A stretch of DNA of 64,000 nt from Okamejei kenojei (Eukaryota): the NCBI GenBank assembly GCA_035221665.1, contig CM069133.1:78430001-78494000 (forward strand), read 5' to 3'. The notes under the pieces were generated by a model, which did not search any database, had not been told where the DNA came from, and saw only the letters and a list, made by a program, of their open reading frames with translations. Made by a program: the position numbers and the translations under genes. Position 1 is the first letter of the stretch. Each line of letters begins with the position of its first letter. This document shows positions 48,881 through 59,959 of this stretch, piece after piece.

Positions 48881-50870
48881 CGGGGCCGGATTTACGTATA
48901 AGCTTGACAAGCTTAAGCTTAGGGCCTCGAGATCCAGGGGGGTCCTCGCAGAGCCGGATTTAACACTCGGCGTCATAGGCTGAAGCCTAGGGCCTCGAAA
49001 TCTAGGCGGCCTCCGGCCAAGGCAGGACACCTGCCGTTCAACTCTGGACAGGTCCCCCTCTCTATCGCTCTCCCTCTGTCTGTCACTCTCCGACTTCGCC
49101 CACCATCCGTATCCCTGTCAGGGCTGCCGGGTCTCCGCTCGCTCCTCATCCGCCGGCACGGCAGGCCGCCTTTCACATGCTCACTGCTACAGCCAGCACA
49201 TCCTCCCCCCTGCACATGCGCACAACCAAGGCCAGCACATCATCGAGCGCCCTGCGCATGCGCACTGCCACGGCAACTGGTCAGCTCTTGCTGTCTCACA
49301 CGTCAGAGACCAGTGTTCGATCCTGTCCTCGGGCACTGTCTGTGTTGAATTTGCACATTCTCCCTGCAAGCGTGTGAGTTTCCTCCCACATCCCAAAGAT
49401 GCATTGGCTTTGTAGATTAGGTTGGTCGCTTGGTCTCACCGATGTAGAGCAGCTGACACCTAGAGCAGTGGATGCAGTAGATGAGGTTGGAGGAGGTGCA
49501 GGTGAACCTCTGCCGCACCTGGAAAGACTGCTTGGGTCCTTGAATGGAGTCAAGGGGGGAGGTAAAGCAACAAGTGTAGCATCTCCTGCTGTTGCAAGGG
49601 AAAGTGCCAGGAGAGGGGGTGGTTTGGGTGGGAAGGGACGAATTGACCAGGGGGTTACGGAGGGAGCGGTCTCTGCGGAAAGCCAACAGGGGAGGAGATC
49701 GGAAGATGTGGCCAGTGGTGGGATCGCATTGGTAGACAAAAAAGCTGGAGAAAATCAGCGGGTAAGGCAGCAGCTATGGAGCGAAGGAATAAACGACATT
49801 TAGGGTCGAGACCCTTCCTCAGATTGATGTCGTGGGGGGGGGGGTGGAGACACGAAAAAGAAAGGACGAGGCGGAGACAGTAGGCTGTGGGAGAGCTGGG
49901 AATGGGAGGGGAAGGAGGGAGAAAGCAAGGACTAACTGAAATTAGAGAAGCCAATGTTCATACCGCTGGGGTGTAAACTAACCAAGCAAATATGAGGTGA
50001 TGCTCCTCCAATATGCGGTGGGCCTCACTCTGGCCATGGAAGAGGCCCAGGGTAGAAAGGTTCGATTCAGAATGAGAAGGGGAATTGAAGTGTTGAGCCA
50101 CCGGGAGATCAGGTTGGTTATTGTGAACTGAATGGAGGTGTTGTGCGAAGCCTGCACTTGGTCTTACCGAGGTTTATCATGCGCTGAATAATCCAACCAC
50201 ATTTTTGTTCCGAAGTGGAAAGAAATAATAGAAATTGCATTAATTGCAATGTGTAAAAAGAGTTGAGATACTGTATTATAATTTTGCTGCAAGTCATTGT
50301 GGTATATATCATGTCTTGATTGGTGAATATGTTTAGTTTGTGACTTTATTTAAAGTTGAAATAATATGTGAATGCTTCATTGAGCATAATTCCGACTGGT
50401 AACTACGCACTTCGTCCGAGCACATTATCGCACGTGTCATGCGAGCCGTCTTAAATGACCACCAAAACTGTAATTTGGCAACTTAAAAAGCTGCCACGGT
50501 TGCCCGGCTGACAACAGATAAAAAAAAATTACGTGAGAGCCCTGCAAGGTGTATAATATTTTTGACACTGTCATAGGCCTTTCTTCCATATGCTATCACA
50601 ACGCACTGTAGTCTCTAAACAACCCTTCAGTGATTTTCCTTACCCTCCATTTCAGAATAATAGTGTTTTAAGCCAATAACTCAACACCAGCAATGGCAAT
50701 AAATAAATAAATAAAAAGCACAGCTTTCCAGCTCCTTATCTCATTGGCCACGCTCGGCTGCAAATCGGTGTCAATCTGGTGGACCATCTTCTTCTAGTCG
50801 TGGTGGTGGGGGATTGGGAGGGGCCTCACAAGTGGAACTTAGGGCCTCTCTTCATCTAAATCCATCCCTG
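48881..50870. mobile_element. non-autonomous hAT element carrying SINE and Penelope fragments
   Basis: 8-bp TSD GCTACCAG (48873-48880, 50871-50878); TIRs CGGGGCCGGATTTA / TAAATCCATCCCTG; subterminal CTTAGGGCCTC repeats. Confidence 0.85.
49420..50170 (-). mobile_element. rearranged Penelope 3' region (GIY-YIG + terminal repeat) inside the hAT element
   Basis: ORF 49417-49686 NLIYCIHCSRCQLLYIGETKR; degenerate hammerhead at ~49794-49822. Confidence 0.85.
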
Positions 50871-51117
50871 GCTACCAGTCTGACAAACACTGAGAAGAAA
50901 CGCGGTGTTGAGGTGGAGGGGGGGGGGGGGGGGGTTAAACACGCGAGAATTCATAGGCCCAGGAAACGCCAGGGATGGGTCCGATACTTACGCCGCCTGC
51001 ATGCTGCTCGCTCTCTCTGCTCGAGCAGCCAGAATCACATCACGTGACGCCAACTCATTGAGTAATTGCGGAAGTGGGGATTCAACAGGAGCCTCGGATC
51101 GCTATAACCAATATCTG

Positions 51118-51151
51118 CTATTTAGTGGTCCATTATCACGAGGGTTTACTG
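51118..51151 (-). mobile_element. solo pogo/Tigger-like terminal inverted repeat
   Basis: Minus strand TA|CAGTAAACCCTCGTGATAATGGACC; partner end not found. Confidence 0.4.
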
Positions 51152-51764
51152 TAATAGTGCAAAACACAATTAGGAAACAAATCTCCGGTAGTGCAAGAAG
51201 TAATCCTTTGTGTTCTATTACTGAGTTTGAATTAGAATCAGGTTAGGCAAAGAACCTAATAGATGTGAGAAAATCCCTCTTCCTGAATCTGGCAGTGTGG
51301 GACTTTAGGCTTCTGCACAATAGTAGCAGTGATAAGAGGGCATGGCCTGGATGTCTGGGATCTTTGATGTTAGACGTTCCCTTCATGAGGCAGCGCCTTA
51401 ATTCAGATTCAGATTCCTTTATTGTCATTCAGACCTTTCGGTCTGAACGAAATTTGTTACCTTGCAGTCATAACATGTAATAAATTAAAACAAAACACAC
51501 AATAAACACATATTTGTAAGCAGATGCTTTTGATAGTGGAAAGGACTGTGCCCGTGATGAACTGGGCTGAATCCAGCACTCTTGCTTTTCTGAGTTGGAA
51601 TTGCCATTCAAGGGCATGATGCAACTGGTCAGTATAATTTCCATCGTACTTCTGCAGACGTTTGTTACAGTATTCATTATTCCAATAGTAATTACATTTG
51701 CTGATTTGTGAAGAAAGTCAGAATGTCACTTTTCAAGATTTCAAAACAACTCCTAGTAATGGAC

Positions 51765-51978
51765 TTTGTTTTAAAGAAGGAACTGCAGATGCTGGAGAAT
51801 CGAGGGTACACAAAAAGCTGGAGAAACTCAGCGGGTGCAGCAGCATCTAAGGAGCGAAGGAGATAGGCGACGTTTCGGGTCGAGACGTCTGAAGAAGGGT
51901 CTCGACCCGAAACGTCGCCTATCTCCTTCGCTCCTTAGATGCTGCTGCACCCGCTGAGTTTCTCCAGCTTTTTGTGTA
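51765..51978. mobile_element. fold-back Penelope-derived hammerhead insertion
   Basis: ~80-bp essentially perfect inverted arms; intact core at 51889-51916; 14-bp TSD TCCTAGTAATGGAC (51751-51764, 51979-51992). Confidence 0.9.
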
Positions 51979-53949
51979 TCCTAGTAATGGACATTTGGTG
52001 CAGAAGGTGCACAGCTTCACTTCTCTCATTTTGCACATTAACAAAATAATTTTAATTTATGCTCTTGCAACTTTGGTGATTGAAACACTGAAATTTGAGA
52101 GCACACATCGATCTTGATAGCATTCTAATTTAAACATCATTATTGCACCTTGTTTGCAAGGATTATCTTTTCACATTTGTTCTCATCTTTCACACTTCTG
52201 TTTTTGTTCTGTCAAGTGGGTGTTTGAAAGGCAGGAACTCTGTGACACCTAATTAGATGCAATGAAATAATGTAGATGGCTTTGGGCTGGTTTACACTTG
52301 GAAGACAAGCTAACATTAACATAGCATCTTTCACAGGACATTTCAAAAGGACATCTCTAAACCCAATAAAATACTTTGAAGTGCAGCCAGAATTGTTACA
52401 GGAGAAATCCAATTTATACACAGAAAAGTCCTATGAATATCAATGAGATAATGACCGGATATAGTGTTGGCTGAATGAGATTCAGTTTTACTCCGTAGAT
52501 TTCATTCAAACAGTGGCATTTAAAACAGAAAACGCTGGAAATATTCAGCAGGTCAGGCATATCCATAAAGAGAAAAGCATTAATGGTTTGGATTGATGAC
52601 ACTTGGTTTACCAGCTGAGATTTACCAAAATCCATTTCTGTAACAACATCTCTTTCCAGAGCAATCGGACGTATTTTGCCGTAGGACATTTTACATTCAT
52701 GCAAGTAATTAAAAATCAAGCTTTTGCTGCAAAACCTAATTAGCCAACAAACTGACAAAACCCTGTCTGCTCACAGTACTTGTACCTTCAATGCCGTTAA
52801 AAACTTAGTCCAGAAAATGATTTAGCTCTTTCTGGATTTATTTAATTATTTAAGACTTGGAAAGTACACTAAAAGTTGACACAAAGTACTGGAGTAAGTC
52901 AACGGATCAGACAGCTTCGCTGAAGAACATGAATAGGTACTTTGTGTCACTTTGTGTCTTTTCTTTTATAAATTGGCATATGCAGTTTCTTGTATCTGCA
53001 CAAAAAGTTAATTAGATGTAGAAATAATGAGATATTATTGACGGATTTGGGTATAAAGAACACAATTTCAAGTTTGCAGGTAACTGAGAGATTTTAAATA
53101 ATTCCGAAAGAAGGAGATCAGGAGTTTGTTTTATGTACAGTGGTTTATAACTCAAAATTTAAAAAAACTGCTGGGCCAAGTAGGGTAATATTAATGGAAG
53201 TAACAAGGTTTCTGACAGACCCACTGAGGTTCTCCAGCAGTCTGTTTATTGCTCCAGATTATAGCAACAGTAGTCTCATGTCCCTCCATTATAATCCAAA
53301 ATGATGGAAGTAGTATTAATAAAGAAACTGGCGCAATGATTGGACAATGTTGTAGTAATATGGGAACTGAAAATTGGCATTGGACCAGATGGCTATCTTA
53401 TCGGAGGGACTGAAAGAGATACAATGGACTCCATCCATGTGGACTGATTCTGTGATTGTCACAGTTGAATCTGTCCATAAGGATATTTACAGTCAATGTT
53501 AAATAATTGATCCTTTAATAACATTGAAAAGATCCATTCTTCCCTCATAAGTACATTTTGAGATTTTTTTTTATTGGTTAGAGTATATTTAAAAATCTGT
53601 GCAATTGTTCTTTATATCCAAAACTGCAACTGAATTTAACCTCGGGAATTCTAATTGGATGAAATGATACACCCTGATCATGAGTTGCAAAGCCCAATAT
53701 TGGCGTAAGCTGGTTTAGAAATTGCTTTGTGTGGCACTGTAGATTTACATGCTGTGTTGTTCACCTTGACTAAAATATCAGCTTGCATTTTTAGTATTTA
53801 CAGATGCTGCTTAATTTTTAGACAATTTTCTCATCCAAACGCCTCCTGTATGGTACAGATGGCTGATAGTCTCGAGTAGTGCTACTCTGACGCCAGTGTA
53901 ATCCTGTGTATTGATTGCAATAGAAAGGGCTTTGCACAGACCTGCAGAA

Positions 53950-54680
53950 TATTGAGGAATGCTGTGGAACAGAGGGATCTAGGAATAACTGTGCATAGTT
54001 CCCTGAAGGTGGAATCGCATGTAGATAGGGTGGTAAAGAAAGCCTTTGGTGTGCTGGCCTTTATAAATCAGAGCATTGAATATAGGAGTAGGGAAGTAAT
54101 GTTAAAATTGTACAAGGCATTGGTAAGACCAATTCTGGAGTATGGTGTACAATTTTGGTCGCCTAGTTATAGGAAGGATGTCAACAAAATAGAGAGAGTA
54201 CAGAGGAGATTTACTAGAATGTTGCCAGGGTTCCAGCAACTATGTTACAGAGAAAGGTTGAACAAGTTAGGTCTTTATTCTTTGGAGCGCAGAAGGTTAA
54301 GGGGGGACTTGATTGAGGTCTTTAAAATGATGAAAGGGATAGACAGAGTTGACGTGGATAAGCTTTTCCCATTGAGGGTAGGGAAGATTCAAACAAGAGG
54401 GCATGACATGAGAATTAAGGGACAGAAGTTTAGGGGTAACGTGAGGGGGAACTTCTTTACTCAGAGGGTGGTGGCTGTGTGGAATGAGCATCCAGCAGAG
54501 GTGGTGGAGGCAGGATCGATTTTAACATTTAAAAGTAAAGTGGATAGGTATATGGACGTAAAGGGAATGGAGGGGTATGGTCTGAGTGCAGGTAGATGGG
54601 ACTAGGGGAAAACAAATGGTCGGCACGGACTGGAAGGGCCGAGAGGGCCTGTCTCCGTGCTGTAATTGTTATATGGTTAA
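53950..54680 (+). mobile_element. CR1 LINE 3' portion (second subfamily, ATATGGTT tail)
   Basis: ORF 53952-54605 RDLGI, LYKALVRPILEYGVQFWSP, FFTQRVV.VWN. Confidence 0.92.
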
Positions 54681-55854
54681 TACAGGCAAATGTATGTTGT
54701 GTGTCCATTGCTTCAACATGTATGAATCCAAATAACAGAGCTCTGGAAACATTCATGAACCCAGATAACGGAGCTCTGGAAACAATCAGAAATCACGAGC
54801 AAGTTCTGCTTTTTGGCATCATTTATATGGCATTAAAATCAAAACTCTTCTGCACACATCTTGAAATGAGTGCAGTGAGCACATGACCAATGAAGGTGGT
54901 CCGTCACTCACTTCATCAGAAATATAATTAATCGCATCTGACTCCTGGTTGATCCCATGTGATAAATGTATTGGCTATGCATACTGAATACATTCCTGAT
55001 GGAAACCATATCTGAAGTGCTTAGATTATTGCACAAGTGTTTATAAACTAGTTTTTAGAACTATTTCAGTTGCATACCTTCACATTAACGTTTTGGCATT
55101 AGATCATCAGGCTATCATGTGTCTCATCTATGCCGGATACAAAAAAAGTAATGTTGCCATGTTTTCCTGACTTGTGGCAATGTATGTGAGTTTTTTTTAA
55201 GTTAGTGCGTTTTCAGGATCATAATATCACTGACAAGCTAACATTTATTGCCCATCCCTAATCGGCCATAGAGAAGGTGGTGAAATGGGTCACGAACCCT
55301 CTGTAATCTGGTCTTTAGGATGCACAGTGTGTTCAACAAGTCAGTCAGAGGTGCATTAATCCACATCATATTAAATTAATTAAAGCCTATTAAGAACGTC
55401 TGGTACACTATGTGGAACATACTCTGGCTGAATAAGCATTTCCAATACTTTTGGTCCAAATGCGTTGTTAATAGCTTCTGGTCTATCCACATCATCTGCA
55501 TGGCTTCTCTTGTTTTTAGGTCAAATACTTCGGAAGTGTATGGTTTACTGGTCCATTGGAGGACCCACTGAATTTTTTGTGTATTTTTGTGGAGTTGAGA
55601 AATCTATTACAACGTTCCACATGGTTAATAATTAAGATTGTTGAGCCATTCTAATTAACTGTGAGACAGCTCCATAGTGGCGGGAGTGGAGGTCCACAAA
55701 CATAACGTGAATTTCCAAAGGCACAGTATATAAACACATAGGATACAATGCAGTTCCACGGTCTTTGTAAATGTTTCTATGGTAGGTCAGACACACCACC
55801 AACTTTCCAACACATTCTCAATCTTGCTTTGCTCAAATTAGCATTTTGGCAGCG

Positions 55855-56140
55855 TTTTAGACTAGAAACAGGCTCTTCGGCCCACCAAGTCCATACCAAC
55901 CAGCAATCACCCTATACACTAGCACTATCCTACACACCAGGAACAATTTACATATTTACCAAAGCCAATTAACCTACAAACCCATTAATCTTCGGAGTGT
56001 GGGAGGAAACCGGAGCACCGGGAGAAAATCCACGTGATCACAGGAAGAATTTATAAACTCCGTCAAGGCAGCACCAGTAATCAGGATCGAACCCGAGTCT
56101 CTGGCTCTGTAAAGCAGCAACACTACCACTGTGCAACCCC
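55855..56140 (-). mobile_element. tRNA-derived SINE (HE1-like)
   Basis: Reverse-complement B box GGATCGAACC at ~56084 and core. Confidence 0.8.
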
Positions 56141-56179
56141 AATATTTGATTAATCGTCATGGCGTGGTTGACAACTCAA

Positions 56180-58085
56180 ACTCCCAAGGATGAAGAGGAT
56201 AGCAAAAAGTGGTGAACACTGCCCAGTTCATCAAAGGTACTGATCTCCCCACCATCAAAGGATCCTACAGGAGTCACTGCCTCAAAAAGGCATCAGAGAT
56301 CCACACTACCCTGACCATGCACTCATTTCACTCCTGTCATTGGGAAGAAGGTATAGGAGCCTGAAAACTGTAACGTTTAGGTTCAGGAGCATCTTCTTCC
56401 CAACAATAATCAGGCTATTATACTGCAGCCTCCAAATAAGCTCCCAACTACATAAACTGGAGACATTGTTTTTTCTTTGCACTATGATTATGTTTTTGAC
56501 AGACTGAACTTATTTTTTGTTCTTTAATATCGTGTTAACAGAGTCCTTTGTTTACATACAGTGCCCTCCATAATATTTGGGACAATGAACCATCATTATT
56601 TATTTGCCTCTGCACTCCACAGTTTGAGATTTGTAATAGAAAAAAATCACATGTGGTTAAAGTGCACATTGTCAGATTATATATATTCATTTCACCATGC
56701 AGAAATTACAGCAATGTTTATACAGTTAGTAATTTGTTACATAACCTTTGCATGCAATGACTGCTTGAAGTCTGTGATTCATGGACATCACAAGTTGCTG
56801 GGTGTCTTCTCTGGTGATGCTCTGCCAGGCCTGTGTTGCAGCCATCTTTAGCTTATGCTTGTTTTGGCATGCTCAATTGGGTTCAGATCGGGTGATTGAC
56901 TTGGCCACTCAAGAATTGACCATTTTTTAGCTTTCAAAAAACTCCTTTGTTGCTTTAGCAGTATGTTTGGGATCATTGTCTTGCTGTGGAATGAACAGTT
57001 TTGAGTTTTGAGGCATTTGTTTGAACTTAAGCAGATAGGATGTGTCTATACACTTCTGAATTCATTATGCTACTACCATGAGCAGTTGTATCATCAATGA
57101 AGAGAAGTGAGCCAGTATCTTCAGCAGTCATACATGCCCAGGCCATAACACCCCCACCACCATGTTTCACAGATGAGGCGGTATGCTTTGGATCTTGGGC
57201 AGTTCCTTCTCTCCTCCATGATTTGCTCTTGCCATCACCTTCGTCTCATCTGTCCACAAGATCTTTTTCCAGAACTGTGGTTGCTCTTTTAAGTATTTAT
57301 TGGCAAACTGTAACCTGGCCATCCTATTTTTGCGGCTAACCAATGGTTTGCATCTTGCATTGCAGCCTCTGTATTTCTGTTCATGGTCTTTTGTGGACAG
57401 TGGTCATTAACAAATCCACACCTGACTCCCGAAGAGTGTTTCTGATCTGTCAGACATGTGTTTGGGGATTTTTCTTTATTAAAGAGAGAATTCTTCTGAC
57501 ATCAACTGTGGAGGTCTTCCTTGGCCTGCCAGTCCCTTTGCGATTAGTAAGCTCACCAGTGGTCTCTTTCGTCTTAATGATATCCCAAAGAGTTGAATTG
57601 GGTAAGCCTAAGGTTTGTCTGATGTATCTAACAGTTTTATTCTTGTTTCCCACTCGTAATGGTTTCTTTGACTTTCATTGGCACAACATTTGTCCTCATG
57701 TTGATAAACAGCAACAAAAGTTTGCAATGGTGATGGAAAGACTGGAGGAAAGATTAGCTGCTGAAAGCCCTCTTATACCTGCATAAAGGAGGCAATCAAA
57801 CACATCTGAGCAATTACAAATGCCTGTGAAGCCATGTGTCCCAAACATTTCTACATGGTGAAACCAAAATGTGTAAAAATGGTCTTTAATAAAATCTGAC
57901 AATGTGCACTTTAACCACATGTGATTTTCTTTCTATTAAAAATCTCAAATTGTTCATAGTACAGAGGCAAATAAATAAATGATGGGTCCCAAACATTATG
58001 GAGGGCACTGTATCTGTTCTGCTGCTGCAGATATCAATTTCTGGACATATGACGATAAAACACTGCTGACAACTCTTGACTCTTG
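56180..58085 (+). mobile_element. Rex1/Babar-like 3' fragment split by the Tc1 element
   Basis: 56200-56420 is homologous to 62830-63065; the 3' UTR continues after 58012. Confidence 0.7.
56559..58010 (-). mobile_element. Tc1-like transposon with long TIRs and a decayed DDE transposase
   Basis: TA|CAGTGCCCTCCATAAT ... ATTATGGAGGGCACTG|TA; inner TIR motif TCACATGTGGTTAAAGTGCACATTGTCAGAT at both ends; GRPRK, GGGVMAWACM, QQDNDPKH and WPSQSPDLNPIE on the minus strand. Confidence 0.93.
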
Positions 58086-58299
58086 ACCCTGAGGATACCT
58101 ACTCCATTAAAGGTGTTAGGTAAATACAAGTGCTTCTTCTTAGCTGGATCTCTGATGTTTTGATGTTACTGAATCAAGTCAAGAATGTTTAATTGTCATA
58201 TGTCCCAGATAGAACAGTTACATTTTTATTTGCAGCAGCACAACAGAATATGTAAATGCAGTATACATTTACATATTCTGTAAATAATATAATAAATGA

Positions 58300-58450
58300 N
58301 NNNNNNNNNNNNNNNNNNNNNNNNNNNNNNNNNNNNNNNNNNNNNNNNNNNNNNNNNNNNNNNNNNNNNNNNNNNNNNNNNNNNNNNNNNNNNNNNNNNN
58401 NNNNNNNNNNNNNNNNNNNNNNNNNNNNNNNNNNNNNNNNNNNNNNNNNN
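58300..58450. other. assembly gap (N run)
   Basis: Run of N. Confidence 1.
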
Positions 58451-59959
58451 NAAATGATAATAGTGCAATAATGTAAGATAAGTGGCTGTTGTAAATTGCT
58501 CTTCGAGTGTCGATAGATGGCAGAAAGAAACAAGGGAGAGGGGGTTGGTTGATGCCCTTGTGTGAGAATGAGTAAGCTGCAGGAAATTTGGTGAGAGGAA
58601 TGATTTGTTCTTCTGGGAGCTGGCATGCACCATGGTAGCCTCTTGTGTCATTATAAATAAAAAATTAAGAATACATTTTCTGGCATAGCAACTTCAATAT
58701 TTCATAAACACAGGAATGAACGTGAGTGCTAACAAAGTAACCTAGATTAACCATGGATTGAACAGAGGAGAACATTTATAATTGCAGTTGTTAGGGTTTT
58801 GAAAAGATTTGATCAGAAATGAAAGCTATTTCATGCTGAACAGTACAACAGAAGCAGAGAGCACAACTTTGACTTGTATCGGGATAAATTCAGAACTAAT
58901 TTGTGGAAGCAATATTTCACTGAGCAAGTTGTCAGTCTCCCCAGGGAGATGATGGAAGCAGTTCATATTGATTTATTCAGAAGCAAATTGGAAAGATTTA
59001 TTTCAGACAAAAAGCAGTTTAGTGGGAGGTACATGGTTAATGTGAGGCAAAAGGTATCTGATCTGGTCCAATTGCTTTTGTGGTATTGATGTTGAGCAAT
59101 AACTTCTTGACACCTTCAACCTCAATTTTAATAGCAGGCATATAAGCATCTGGGCTGGGCGGTAGATCTGGAAATGATGAAGGCTCCATATCTTCCCGGG
59201 TGAAAACGTGTTGAAATTGGTTTGCAAGAGCTTCCGCTTTTGCCTGGTCTCAGTGATCAGACAGTTGTTTGCTTTAAGCATCTGGATACCAGTGTTGTCT
59301 GTCCATCTGGATTTCACATATCTCCAAAAAGCCTTGGGTTACTCTCCCCCAAGAATAGAAGAAACATGTTGTCTCTGAGCACTCCTAAGTGCATGATCGA
59401 CTTGCTTTCGCACTGTAGTAAAATTGGCCCAGGCCAATTTTGTGCCCCTTTTTGGTGATCATTGGTCGGCCGAAGGATCTGTTTCCACGTTTTATCTCCA
59501 AACTAAAATAAATTAAGAGGGTGTGGATTTTTGAAACGTGATGAATGGAGAACCTGACTAGTGAAGTTGCACTGTTCTTTTTCTCCTTTGCTCTGCAATG
59601 ACTCAATGATTCAATAATACTATGTTGTCACATGTACCTCAGAACAGTGAAATACTTTGCTTTGCATACAACCCCGTAAGATCAGACACCATGTTTCTGG
59701 TGTCAACAAAGTTATAAAAAGTTAATCGAACTGTCTTATCTTCTGCTGGCAGTGGCAAACCAGGCCTTCCACTGCACGTGGTAGCATGCGGCCGCCTGGT
59801 CCCCTCCTTCATTGTCGGCTACCACCCGCCAGGTTGCTCGCGATGGTCCACCTGACTCCCAACAGTCCGCCTACACTCTCGGCTGTTGCTCGTGGGTCCC
59901 TTCTCGCTCTCGGCCGTGAGGAAGGCTAACATCACTCCTCTTGGGCATCCGGGTTGTTA

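Noticed and set aside
58189-58651. ORFs spanning the N run
   Set aside because: Artefacts of the assembly gap.
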